Positions 39,055-49,235 of a stretch of DNA of 64,000 bases are shown here, piece after piece. The notes under the pieces were generated by a model. That model ran no database searches. It was not told the DNA's origin and worked only from the letters and a program-made list of their open reading frames with translations. The number at the start of each line of letters is the position of its first letter. Position 1 is the first letter of the stretch. This DNA comes from an uncultured Chthonomonadaceae bacterium (GTDB lineage Bacteria > Armatimonadota > Chthonomonadetes > Chthonomonadales > Chthonomonadaceae): positions 448,001-512,000 of the forward strand of contig CAWIEK010000044.1 of the NCBI GenBank assembly GCA_963835065.1. Direction: 5' to 3'. The translations under genes and the position numbers were made by a program.

Positions 39055-40098
39055 CTACGGTATATTCACCTCATGCCCGCCCCGCGTCACGTCGCCGATG
39101 ATGTAGGCAGACTCGCCTAGAGCGTTCAGGCGGTGCGCGAGGAGGGGGGCCTGTTCGGGCGGGACGATCAGCACGAAGCCGATGCCCATGTTGAACGTGC
39201 GGTACATTTCGGGTTCCGGCACGTTGCCGCGCTCTTGAATCAGCGAAAAGATCGGCGGAACCGGCCAGTTGGGGCGCTCAATGGTGACGCTGCAATCGGA
39301 AGGCAGGATGCGCGGAATGTTTTCATAAAAGCCGCCGCCTGTCAAATGCGCCATGCCGTTGATGTCGAATTCATCTAAAAGGGAAAGGACGGCGGGCGCG
39401 TAGCAGCGGTGCGGGGCCAGCAGTTCCTCGCCCAATGTGCGTCCGAGTACGGGAAGGAATTCGTCAAGGGGCAAGGGGTGGTCGTTGTCCAGCAGAACGT
39501 GGCGGGCAAGCGAGTAGCCGTTGGTGTGCAGGCCGCTCGATGCCAGGCCGACAAGGGTATCTCCCACCTGTACGCCGGAACCGTCAATGATGCGGTCCCG
39601 CTCCAAAATGCCCACGATGCACCCGGCCAGATCGTAGTCGCCCTCCGCGTACAATCCGGGCATTTCCGCCGTTTCGCCGCCGATCAATGCGCAGCCCACT
39701 TCGCGGCAGCCCTCCGCCAATCCCTTGACCACATCCTCCACAATTGCGGGCGATAATTTGCCGGTCGCAAAGTAATCCAGAAAGAACAACGCCCGCGCGC
39801 CCTGTACGAGAATGTCGTTGACGCAATGGTTCACCAGGTCGCGCCCGATGGTGTCATGCTTGCCGACGGCAATCGCCACTTTCAGTTTCGTGCCCACGCC
39901 GTCAATGCTCGACACCAGAACGGGATTCTGGTACTGCGGCAGCGCCGACAGCGAGAACATGCCGCTGAAACTGCCGATGTCGGTCAAAACGCCGGGCGTA
40001 AACGTGCTGCGCACATGTTGCTTGATGCGCTGCATGGCGTCATTGGCGGCGTCAATATCCACGCCTGCGTCTCGGTAAGTGATTCGTTGGTCACTCAT
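39055..40098 (-). CDS. purM: Phosphoribosylformylglycinamidine cyclo-ligase
   Basis: TYRDAGVDI, DGVGTK, GGETAEMPG, SSGLHTNGYS and TFNMGIG motifs. Confidence 0.97.
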   Translation of the reverse strand: MSDQRITYRDAGVDIDAANDAMQRIKQHVRSTFTPGVLTDIGSFSGMFSLSALPQYQNPVLVSSIDGVGTKLKVAIAVGKHDTIGRDLVNHCVNDILVQGARALFFLDYFATGKLSPAIVEDVVKGLAEGCREVGCALIGGETAEMPGLYAEGDYDLAGCIVGILERDRIIDGSGVQVGDTLVGLASSGLHTNGYSLARHVLLDNDHPLPLDEFLPVLGRTLGEELLAPHRCYAPAVLSLLDEFDINGMAHLTGGGFYENIPRILPSDCSVTIERPNWPVPPIFSLIQERGNVPEPEMYRTFNMGIGFVLIVPPEQAPLLAHRLNALGESAYIIGDVTRGGHEVNIP

Positions 40099-40160
40099 AA
40101 GCACATGAAAACCTTCTTCGCTGTTAATGTTTCTGACTTGCGCTTGAGCAGAGTCCGTTC

Positions 40161-41037
40161 TTAATCGCTGCTCGGCGCGTCCGGCGCGGGAGTGGGATCA
40201 ATGGTTGGTCCATTATCGGGCGTGGCTGTGCCGGAAGCGCTGCTGTCTGCCGCGTCTGTGGCTTCCGATGTGGCTATCAGACGGCGTTGCTGCGTCGGCG
40301 GGCGGCAGGTCGTATTGGCGGAAGGTGACGCCCGTAGACACTTTGCCCTCGAACCGCCCGACAACGCGTGCTTCGCGGGTAATGGTTCCCGTTACCGTGC
40401 CGTCGAAGCCGATGTTGATGCGCCCGACATTGCCTTTATTGTCGCGCAGTGTGGCTGAACCGAACAGGCGCGTGTGTCCCATCAGCAGATAGTCGGCGAT
40501 CTCGAATTCGGTTTCCATTTGCGCCGTGTAGTCGTGCGTGAGCGAGACTTGTACCGTGTCAGGCGCGGGGCGGGCGGGCGAAAGGCCGGTGACGCGCAAC
40601 GCCCCCACGCGCCGCGTGCCGCGCACTTCGCCGATTTCCGGCAGTGTCACGGCATACGTCAGCAAATGGTCGGGCGCATGGGACTCGGTCAGCACGGTGG
40701 TTACGGCGTGGGTATACGGGTGGCGATGGGTGCGGCTGTGTCCAATCGGGTCTTCCGTAACCCCGGCAAGGCTCTGGCCTTCCGCCGCGCGATAAGCCAC
40801 GCCAACCACATACGCGGCACACGCCGCCAAAACCGTTTCGGACGCTTCCGGCAGGCTGCGCTGCGCCTCATTCAGTTTTTCCGTATCCAGCAGGGCTTCC
40901 GCCAGCCGTTCCGCGCCATTGATCTTCCGCGCCGACAGCAGGCGCAGTCCCACCACGCCCGCAACCGATACGGCAATCAGCGCGGCGACCTGCCCCCGCG
41001 TGGGCTTCTTGGCAAAGGGATCAACCATTTCCAGCAT
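40161..41037 (-). CDS. Hypothetical membrane-anchored protein between purF and purM
   Basis: ATG after AGGAGG, N-terminal TM helix, beta-rich C-half. As sequenced it stops at 40213; a probable +1 shift near 40280 would extend it to 40161. Confidence 0.65.
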
Positions 41038-41099
41038 ATTCGTGTCCTCCTGCCTCCTCTGACGAACCGTTTCCGCCAAAGGCTTCAGGAAATTGAGAC

Positions 41100-42767
41100 T
41101 TACTCGTGCGTATCCGGGGAGCCGTCGTCGGGGCCACCTTCTTCGTGTTCGGGTTCTTCCGTATTGCGGCGCTGCTCCAGCATCAGTTTGCTGTTGCGCA
41201 CATCGTTTGGCACGGGGATGGGGTACTTGCCGTCGAAACAAGCGCGGCAGAACTTGTCCTTGTGCATACCGACCGCGCGGACAACGCCATCGAGAGAGAG
41301 ATAGCCCAAACTTGTCGCGCCGATGAGTTCGCAGATTTGCTTGACGGACAGGCGGGCGGCGACGAGTTCTTCCTGGTTTGCCATGTCTATGCCGTAGTAG
41401 CAGGGATGGCGCACGGGCGGGGCCGTAATGCGGACATGCACTTCGACGGCCCCGGCCTCAAACAGCATTTTTACGAGTTTGCCGGTTGTCGTGCCGCGCA
41501 CGATGCTGTCGTCCACCATCACCACTTTTTTGCCGGCAAGCGTTTCTTTGAGCGGCGAGTATTTCATCCGCGCGCCCATTTCGCGCATGTGCTGCGAGGG
41601 CTGAATGAACGTGCGCTGAATATAGCGGTTTTTAATCACGCCTTCGCCATACGGGATGCGCGAGGCTTCCGCGTAGCCGATAGCGGCGGGGATGCTGGTA
41701 TCCGGCACGGGAATCACGACATGCGCGCCGGGCACGGGATGTTCACGGGCGAGTTCCTGTCCCATCCGCTGCCGCGCCTGATGCAGCGAGCGGCCATACA
41801 ACATGCTGTCGGGGCGGGCAAAGTAGATAAACTCGAACAGGCACGTCGCGTGTCGCTGCGTGGGGATAGCCTGAATTTCGCGCAGGCCGTCGTGGTCAAT
41901 GACCACCACTTCGCCGGGTTCGATTTCGCGGATGTATTTCGCGCCAACGGGGATCAGGGCGCAGGACTCGGAGGCCAGTACATAATGTTTGTTGTCAATC
42001 AGTCCCAAACAGAGAGGGCGGACGCCGTAGCTGTCGCGGACGCCGATGAGTTTATCCGGCGTTAAAATCACGAGGGAGTACGCGCCCTGCAAGCGCTGCA
42101 TGGCGGCTTTCACGGTTTCCTCAATGCAGCCGTGATGCAGGTGAGCGAGCAATTGCGCGATCACTTCGCTGTCGTTGGAGGTTTGAAAGTGGCAGCCTTC
42201 CGCAATGAGTTCCTGCCGCAAAGATTGTGTGTTGACCAGATTTCCATTGTGCGCAATGGCAATTTCGCCCACGCGGGACGTGCCGGAAATGGGCTGCGCG
42301 TTGCACAGAATGCTCGATCCCGTCGTGGAATAGCGCGTATGCCCGATGGCGCTGAAACCCTGTAGTTCCGCGATGGCTTTTTCGTCAAACACCTGCGTGA
42401 CCAATCCCATTTCTTTATGGGTTTTGAGGTGGCGTCCATTGGAAACGGTGATTCCCGCGCTTTCCTGACCCCGATGCTGCAAGGCGAACAGGCCGAAGAA
42501 CGTGATACGCGCCACTTCCTGACCGGGCGCGTAAATACCGAACACGCCGCACTCTTCTTTCGGGTTGTCGCGCTCCCAATCGTCTTCCTCCGCCGAGGGC
42601 TGGATCAGGGGCTGAACGGCTTCAAGGCCGGATTGATGAAGTTGAGTAGTAAGAGCAGGATTGCTTGCGGGGGTATGCGCCGGCAGGGGCGTAAGTCCGC
42701 ACACAGGTTCCCGCCGGAGTAAGGGCAGGAACGGGCGTTCGAGTGGGCCAGTCAAAACGGGTGTCAT
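41100..42767 (-). CDS. purF: Amidophosphoribosyltransferase
   Basis: EECGVFG, LQHRGQES, GHTRYST, CLFEFIYFARPDS and VDDSIVRGTT motifs. Confidence 0.97.
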   Translation of the reverse strand: MTPVLTGPLERPFLPLLRREPVCGLTPLPAHTPASNPALTTQLHQSGLEAVQPLIQPSAEEDDWERDNPKEECGVFGIYAPGQEVARITFFGLFALQHRGQESAGITVSNGRHLKTHKEMGLVTQVFDEKAIAELQGFSAIGHTRYSTTGSSILCNAQPISGTSRVGEIAIAHNGNLVNTQSLRQELIAEGCHFQTSNDSEVIAQLLAHLHHGCIEETVKAAMQRLQGAYSLVILTPDKLIGVRDSYGVRPLCLGLIDNKHYVLASESCALIPVGAKYIREIEPGEVVVIDHDGLREIQAIPTQRHATCLFEFIYFARPDSMLYGRSLHQARQRMGQELAREHPVPGAHVVIPVPDTSIPAAIGYAEASRIPYGEGVIKNRYIQRTFIQPSQHMREMGARMKYSPLKETLAGKKVVMVDDSIVRGTTTGKLVKMLFEAGAVEVHVRITAPPVRHPCYYGIDMANQEELVAARLSVKQICELIGATSLGYLSLDGVVRAVGMHKDKFCRACFDGKYPIPVPNDVRNSKLMLEQRRNTEEPEHEEGGPDDGSPDTHE

Positions 42768-42928
42768 TGCATCGGCTCCTTCGCGCGGCGCGCCGGGGAC
42801 TCTTCACGCGCGTCAGATCACAAACAGCAGGCGTGTGCGGCTCAGGCCGCATCTGTTGATGGATGGACAGAAAAGCACTACAGGGACGGTTGATTCTTAC
42901 GCGGCAGGCGTACGGAAAGTTTCTGCTG

Positions 42929-45389
42929 TCAGGTTGTCTCACCTTCGGGTGAAGCCGTTGCAGCCATGCGGCGCGGAATGGCGTTCTGGTAAACTTCGGT
43001 TAATTGTGTCACGGGTATGTCAATAACATCTTGCGGACCGAGCGCGATACGCAGGTTTTCGCCGCCGACTGTGCCGATCCAATCGGCGCGGATGCCTAAT
43101 TGTTCCGCCCGGGTTTTGAGTTTGGCAAACTGCTTTTCGGTGCGAATGGAAACAACGGCGCGGCCCTGCGCTTCGCCGAAGAGGGTGGCGGAAAGCGGCA
43201 GCGCGTTCTCGTCCTCGTTTTTCTTCAGCAATACCAGTGCGCCCTGCTTGCTCAACATGCACTTTTCGGCAAGGCATACGGCCAGCCCGCCATCCGAAAC
43301 ATCGTGGCAGCTTGCGAACATGCCCTCGCCGATGCACTCCAGCAGCAGGGTATGCAGCCGTTTTTCGCCTTCCAGATCAATGTGGGGTGGGATACCCGCT
43401 TCGACGCCGTGAATAACGCTCAGGTACTCACTGCCGCCCAAGCCGCCGTTCGGGTCGTCATAGGCGGTCAGGAGAACAATCGTGTCGCCCTCAGCGTCCG
43501 GGCGAAACGCGGCCTGGGTCCGCTTGTTCACATCATCGAGAATGCCTAACATGCCGATGGTCGGGGTCGGGAAGATGGGGCCGTAATCGGGCGTTTCATT
43601 GTAAAAGCTGACGTTGCCGGACACGACGGGCGTACCGAAAACTTCCGTTGCCTTTGCGATGCCTTCCACGCTGCGCCGGAACTGCCAGAAGCCGGTCGGT
43701 TTTTCGGGATTGGCGAAATTGAGGTTGTCCGTCACCGCTGCGGGACGCGCCCCCACGCAGGCCACATTGCGCGCGGCTTCGGCAACCGCGATCTGCCCGC
43801 CGACATAGGGATCAAGGTAGCCATACCGCCCGTTGCCGTCAATCTTGACCGCAATGCCCTTCTGACTGCCCCGTATGCGCAAAATCGCCGCGTCCGAACC
43901 CGGCATAGCAACCGTCAGCGTCTGCACCATGCTGTCGTACTGCTCGGTCACATAGTTCTTGCTGGCGATATTCGGCGCATCAAGTAGTAATCGAAGTACA
44001 TCATCGTAATCCATGATGCCGACAAGCGCGTTTCGGTCTGTATTGGTAAGTTTCGGCCAATCATATGCCATCAGCATGTAAATTAGCATCCGCAATCGGA
44101 TCATGAGGAGGCAAAATACCTTCACTAGTCATCTTCTCTGTCAACTCTCGTATTTCCGCTTTGCGCTCGTCTGTCGTCTCTGCCCGAAGTTGACGAATGG
44201 TTTGTCCTGGTTCCGGCAGAGTAGAAAAGTTGAACGCCTGCACCTGCTTGATGTAGTCCGGCTCTTCGGTTTCGAGGTAGTAGGTGGGACATTCGTTGGT
44301 AAGCGCGTTGGCGGGCACTTCCGCAACCACTACGCCGTTGTCTTTGACGCGAACCAGTTTGTCATCCGTCACAAAGCCGATAACCGCCGCGTTCAAGCCC
44401 CATTTTTTGAACACGTCCATCACGCGGTTTTCGGTTCCCGCCTGCGCGATGCACAACATGCGCTCCTGCGACTCGGACAGCATGATTTCATACGGCGTCA
44501 TATCGGCTTCGCGGAGCGGCACTTTGCGCACATCTATTTCCATGCCGTTGCCCGCTTTGGAAGCCGTTTCGCACGTGGAGCAGGTCAGACCCGCCGCGCC
44601 CATGTCCTGTATGCCGACCACAAAGCCGGTATCGAGCGCTTCCAATGTGGCTTCGATGAGCAGTTTTTCCATGAATGGATCGCCCATCTGCACATTGGGG
44701 CGCTTGCTTTCGCTGTCCGGGCCGAGTTCCACAGCTGCGAACGTCGCGCCGTGGATGCCGTCCTTGCCCGTGCTGCTGCCGACATAGATAACCGGATTGC
44801 CCACGCCCTTCGCCGCCGCGCTCGCCACTTTGCCTAATTCCACGACGCCCACCGACATAGCGTTGACAAGCGGGTTGCCGCTATAGCACGGATGAAAGTT
44901 GATTTCGCCCGCCACCGTGGGAACGCCAACGGAATTACCATAACTGCTGATACCGGCGACGGCGTGTTCAAACAGGTAGCGGTTGCGGGGATCGTCAAGG
45001 GGACCGAAGCGGAGGGAGTTGAGGTTGGCGATTGGACGCGCGCCCATCGTGAAGATGTCGCGCAGGATGCCGCCCACGCCGGTTGCCGCGCCCTGAAACG
45101 GCTCTACGGCGCTTGGGTGGTTGTGCGATTCGATTTTGAAGCAGATGCCGAGTTTGTCATCAAGCGGAATCACGCCCGCGTTTTCCAGCGCGCCCTGCTC
45201 CTGCGCTTCCTTGTAGTTCTTGAACAGGGCCAGCACGGGGCGGGAATACTTGTAGCCGCAGTGTTCCGACCACATCACGCTGAACATGCCCAGTTCCGTG
45301 ATTGTCGGCTCGCGCTTCAGCGTGTCCAGCACCTGTTGGTACTCCCGCTCGTTCAAGCCCATTTCGCGCGCCATCTCGGGTGTAATCAA
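42929..45389 (-). CDS. purL: Phosphoribosylformylglycinamidine synthase subunit PurL with internal insertion; apparent +1 frameshift near 44083
   Basis: MWSEHC, KIESHNHPS, QDMGAAG, LSESQERM, VVSGNVSFYNE and HDVSDGG motifs; TTG start after GGAG. Confidence 0.95.
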
Positions 45390-45404
45390 AAGTCGCTCCG
45401 GGAA

Positions 45405-45533
45405 GTAGTCAGTAGCCAGTAGCCAGTAGTCAGTAGTCAGTAGGTCGAAGCCGAAAGTTTGCAGCATACTCTGCAATTTTTGTAGAAAAGAAGAGGGGTT
45501 TCTACTGACTACTGACTACTGGCTACTGACTAC
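45405..45533. repeat. Paired heptamer arrays AGTAGTC/AGTAGCC(n) ... GACTACT(n)
   Basis: Inverted arrays in the purL leader region. Confidence 0.88.
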
Positions 45534-45583
45534 TTTCCAATAGTATAGCCTTTGGGAGCGCGTATGGTCAACCCGGTGACGTG

Positions 45584-45925
45584 TTACAGCTTCAGTAAAG
45601 CGCGTAACTTCGCTTCCACGTCCTGCCAGACGGCAGGAGAGACAACACCAATGTACCGCTGAAAACTGGCTGCATGAAGTGTCGCCATTTTATGTAGGCG
45701 CAAAAGCGATGTTGCTTTCAAGCGTGTGGAAGCGTGTTCCGGTTGTGTAGGATTGAGGAGAATATCACTGTTCAGAAGGCGGGAAGGAACCACAGAAGAG
45801 ATATAAGCGACCAGAAATTCAGGCACATTGCCGACAGGGGGCGTGAGAACCAGCACCGGACGCAGTTTCACTGTCGCTGTGTCGCCAAACGGAAAGGAGG
45901 CCAGATAAATTTCACCGCGCTGCAT
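45584..45925 (-). CDS. PemK/MazF family toxin
   Basis: MQRGEIYLASFPFGD...KLRPVLVL motif. Confidence 0.9.
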   Translation of the reverse strand: MQRGEIYLASFPFGDTATVKLRPVLVLTPPVGNVPEFLVAYISSVVPSRLLNSDILLNPTQPEHASTRLKATSLLRLHKMATLHAASFQRYIGVVSPAVWQDVEAKLRALLKL

Positions 45926-46151
45926 TTATCGGCTCCCCATCCTCTAAGGTGTAAATGTCTTCTCGCGCATCCGCCAATTCTGCCGCCCATTCGCGCGCAA
46001 TGCCCTGACTCCAAAACTTCCCTGCGTCATCTTCTTCGGCTTCGGGAAGCAAAATCAGGACACGCGCAGGGCCGGGCGTCGCTGAGATCGGAAGCGTGAT
46101 ATGCAGGTGGCGCTGCGCGTCAATTTCTCCTACAATCTCAAATGCTTTCAT
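45912..46151 (-). CDS. Putative antitoxin partner of the PemK/MazF toxin
   Basis: Small acidic ORF overlapping the toxin start; C-terminal EWAAELADAREDIY. Confidence 0.75.
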   Translation of the reverse strand: MKAFEIVGEIDAQRHLHITLPISATPGPARVLILLPEAEEDDAGKFWSQGIAREWAAELADAREDIYTLEDGEPINAAR

Positions 46152-46307
46152 AATTTTATCTTTCTGTCGAATCTGCAAAAGGTTTCGGTGAACGCTGGAT
46201 TAGGCACAAATTTGGCAGCATATCAGCCTCCACGAAACAGAGCCTTGAAAACCTCAATCTCTATTCTGCCCCGTCGCTTTGGATTCCTGCCGCGCCTGAA
46301 AAATCCT

Positions 46308-46818
46308 TTAGATAGTCGTTTCGCTTATCGGGACAAGTCTCTTTTCATAACACAAACTCACGCCGTCTTCGGCATACTCTCCGAAGGCCGCGCATCTTGA
46401 AAAACCTACGCGCTCATACAGCCTGATTGCCTCCTGCTGATGAACCCCGGTTTCCAGACGCAGGAGACGAAAACCCATTTTGCTGCGACAGCCGCTCCAG
46501 ATGCTGGAGCAGGGCTTGCGCGATTGCCTGCCCACGCCATTGCGGTGTCACATACATCCGCTTGACTTCGGCGTACCCGCTTTTGCCTGCGGTAGTCTCT
46601 TCCTTGAAAAATTTGATCGCGCCGCAGCCGACAGCGCCCCCATTCACCCGCGCCACCAGAAAAATCACGGACGCATCCTGCAAGGCGGCAATCGAAAGTC
46701 CATGACGGTTTTCCGGGGCATACAACGGGTTGAGGCAAGCGTCAAGCGCCCCAATGAGCGCTTTTGCCTCTGCCGTATCCGGTGGTTCCGGCTGAATAGA
46801 TAGAGCCGCGTTCACCAT
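46308..46818 (-). CDS. GNAT N-acetyltransferase; apparent +1 frameshift near 46470
   Basis: AEVKRMYVTPQWRGQAIA, then LRLETGVHQQEAIRLYER in the shifted frame. Confidence 0.88.
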
Positions 46819-46886
46819 CTTCCTCCCCCGCCTGATCCACAATCCTGTTTCAGTACGCCATCAAGGGTAAGCATAGGCATAATAAG

Positions 46887-46967
46887 GTAGGGGTTCTGCT
46901 TGCTGAACCCTCCTCAGACGGGGGCTGAACCCTCCTCAAACGAAGGCGCAGCAAGCAGCGCCCCTAC
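46887..46967. repeat. GTAG-type REP doublet (REPIN-like)
   Basis: GTAGGGGTTCTGCTTGCTGAACCC...GGCGCAGCAAGCAGCGCCCCTAC; near-identical inverted copy at 51653-51735. Confidence 0.85.
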
Positions 46968-46991
46968 CCCTACAATCTACCTTGATGGAAT

Positions 46992-47795
46992 CTAGTTGAC
47001 TGATTTCGCGCAGCGAAATCCGGTGTCGCGTCACGTGGCTTCCGCGCCCTCGATGGCATGGTTGTAGGTGCGCAGGTCGCGCTCCCCGTAGCCGACCGCC
47101 CCGCCCCGCAAAAGGCGCTGATCGGGGTTGCCGTGATAAAAGCCCTGCACCCATTCCCACGCGTTGCCGGACATATCCACGCAGCCGTAGGGACTGACGC
47201 CGCCCGGCGCGCTGCCGGTGGGACGCACCCGCGACGCGCCAATCGCGCACTGCCCCGGCTTTTTCACCATAGAAGGCCGCGCAGTCAGCGTTTTGCCGGG
47301 ATGAGCGCGGGATGCCACGCGCTTTTCGTCATAGTCATTGCCCCAGGGATAGCGCCTGCCGTCCGTGCCCCGCGCCGCTTTTTCCCATTCGGCCTCAGTC
47401 GGCAGACGCTTGCCGACCGCTTTGGCATACGCGGCGGCTTCCGCATAAACCACATTCGTAACGGGCAGGTTTTCCTCGCCCTTGGGAAACTGGTGGTCGG
47501 GAACAACCTTCTTGTACGCCGCATTGGTCACTTCCGTTTTGTCCATGTAGAAGGACGGCACGAACTCGCGGTGCAGGGGCGCAACGTCGTCGTCCTTGTC
47601 CGCGTCGTTGCTGCCCGTGAGAAAATCACCCCCCGCCACGTACACCATTCCCGGCGGCGTTTGCGCTTGTTCCTTTGCCATTTGCGATTGGGTGGGCGCG
47701 CTCGGCAGGCGCAGCCGAACTATCGCGCCGGTAGTCAGAACAGCGATGCCCAGTGTCACCGCCATCTGAGTTTTGCTAAGTTTGGTTTTGCGCAT
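46992..47795 (-). CDS. FGE-sulfatase (SUMF1/EgtB/PvdO) family exported protein with in-frame TGA at 47031-47033 (candidate selenocysteine)
   Basis: EVTN, RLPTEAEWEKAARG, YPWG, DMSGNAWEW and LRGG motifs. After the TGA the same frame continues RDTGFRCAKSVN to TAG at 46992. Confidence 0.85.
47002..47020 (-). promoter_or_regulatory. Putative bacterial SECIS hairpin
   Basis: UGA-CGCGACACCG-GAUUUCGC-UGC-GCGAAAUC: perfect 8-bp stem starting 10 nt after the UGA, with G at loop position 2. Confidence 0.6.
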
Positions 47796-47914
47796 AATGC
47801 TGACTTTCCCGCCCTTTCCTGCCCGCTTACACCCGCCTAAATACCTGTGTGCGGCTGTTGTTAATCGCTTCTCTTATACAACAACTATTCGGCTGATAAA
47901 GTTCATTTATTTTG

Positions 47915-48268
47915 TTACGGGGCGTTGCCGGGCGTGGTTTCTGTTGTGAGAGACGCGGTGATTTCAAACAGGCCGATGCCGACAAGGGCTGCCGTTGTTG
48001 CCTGCTCTTCCTTTAAGAACAGGAACGGAGCCGCCGCAATCGCCACCCCGCTCATGCCATCCAGCGCGAGATGCGTTTTCATCGGCAGGGTTTTCACCGC
48101 GCCCCACTCATAATCGGTCAGCAGGCTGTAAACGAGCGTTCCTACCGCAGAAGCCGTCAGCAAATTCGTCGTCGGCTTGCTCCATTTCAGCAGGCGCGGC
48201 AGCGCGATTAATGCGCCTACCGAAAGGTAATCCAATGCGCCGTGCGTTTTGGTCGAAAACAGTTTCAT
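47915..48268 (-). CDS. Small membrane protein (SPW-repeat-like)
   Basis: THGALDY, YSLLTDYEWG and PMKTHLALD motifs; four hydrophobic segments. Confidence 0.7.
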   Translation of the reverse strand: MKLFSTKTHGALDYLSVGALIALPRLLKWSKPTTNLLTASAVGTLVYSLLTDYEWGAVKTLPMKTHLALDGMSGVAIAAAPFLFLKEEQATTAALVGIGLFEITASLTTETTPGNAP

Positions 48269-48514
48269 TTTGTGTATCCCCTTCGAGCCTTTGAACCAGG
48301 CGGTATTCAGGTGTTCGGGTGTTCAGGCTTGTCCCTAATGCCTGATGCCTGATGCTTATTTGACGGCAAAACACCGCCGACAGCCGTGTAACGGCTCCCA
48401 ACGGTGTTTTGTTTCCCAAAGCGCACAGACAGCAGCGGATTATGTGTGTTGCTGCGGGTTTCCCGGTTATTGAACTGGCAATGTTAGGGGTAACGAGGTG
48501 AATGTAAGAAGCGC

Positions 48515-49105
48515 CTACGCGACGGGCTGCGCGGCCTCCTGCTTGGCCTGTTGCCGCTCCTGTGGCGATTGGATGCGGCGTATCAGCCGCGCCGGGACTC
48601 CGCCGACAAGGGTATAGGGTTCCACATCTCGCGTCACCACAGCGCCCGCCGCAACCACCGCGCCCCGCCCAATCGTCACGCCCTTCAAAACGGTCACACG
48701 AACGGCCAGCCAAACATCTTCCTCGATACGCACGGGGCGGGCGTCCGGCATTTGCGCGTGGTCGCCAACATCGTGAAAATCCGTATCCATAATCAGCGTG
48801 TAGTTCCCAATCAGGCAGTTGGCTCCGATGGTAACGGACTCCTGCGCGCAAATGGACGTGCCGCCGTTGATGAACACGTTGTCGCCAATGGTCAAAACGC
48901 CTTTCGGCAGCGACACCAACTCGACAGGCACATGCAGGCCCTTCAAGCGCACACGATTGCCCAGATACATCTTGCCATGATTTTCAACCCGGATGCGCCC
49001 GTATATCTGCACCAGTTTGCCCAATGAGGTACACCCGCGCAGCGCGTATCTGGCCCGCACAACGGCCTTTACTTTGTGGTACTTGTCGCGTATTGTTGCC
49101 AGCAT
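48515..49105 (-). CDS. Hexapeptide-repeat acyltransferase (maltose/galactoside O-acetyltransferase-like)
   Basis: IGDNVFI, DTDFH, VTIGRGAVVAAGAVV and GGVPAR motifs. Confidence 0.9.
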   Translation of the reverse strand: MLATIRDKYHKVKAVVRARYALRGCTSLGKLVQIYGRIRVENHGKMYLGNRVRLKGLHVPVELVSLPKGVLTIGDNVFINGGTSICAQESVTIGANCLIGNYTLIMDTDFHDVGDHAQMPDARPVRIEEDVWLAVRVTVLKGVTIGRGAVVAAGAVVTRDVEPYTLVGGVPARLIRRIQSPQERQQAKQEAAQPVA

Positions 49106-49235
49106 ATTGTCTTAAATCTGCATCAAATCAAACAAGAGAATCTCAAGAGCGTACCGCGAAAATGGGCACAGGAATTAGATGTTATTTGCGTCCATTCGCG
49201 TCCATTTGCGGCTGAATTTCTTCCAACGGTATCCG

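Noticed and set aside
44012..44204. PurL insertion as an intein or self-splicing intron
   Set aside because: There is no N-terminal Cys/Ser or C-terminal His-Asn, it is too short, and no group I/II structure is recognisable.
3085..46475. About 14 frameshifts (near 3090, 3883, 11404, 16780, 17103, 23442, 30150, 35777, 36632, 37175, 37884, 40280, 44083, 46470) as programmed frameshifting or mass pseudogenisation
   Set aside because: Nearly all are one extra or missing base in a short homopolymer. They hit core genes (glyA, purL) and share no slippery motif. Uncorrected long-read indel errors explain them best; read-level polishing would decide.
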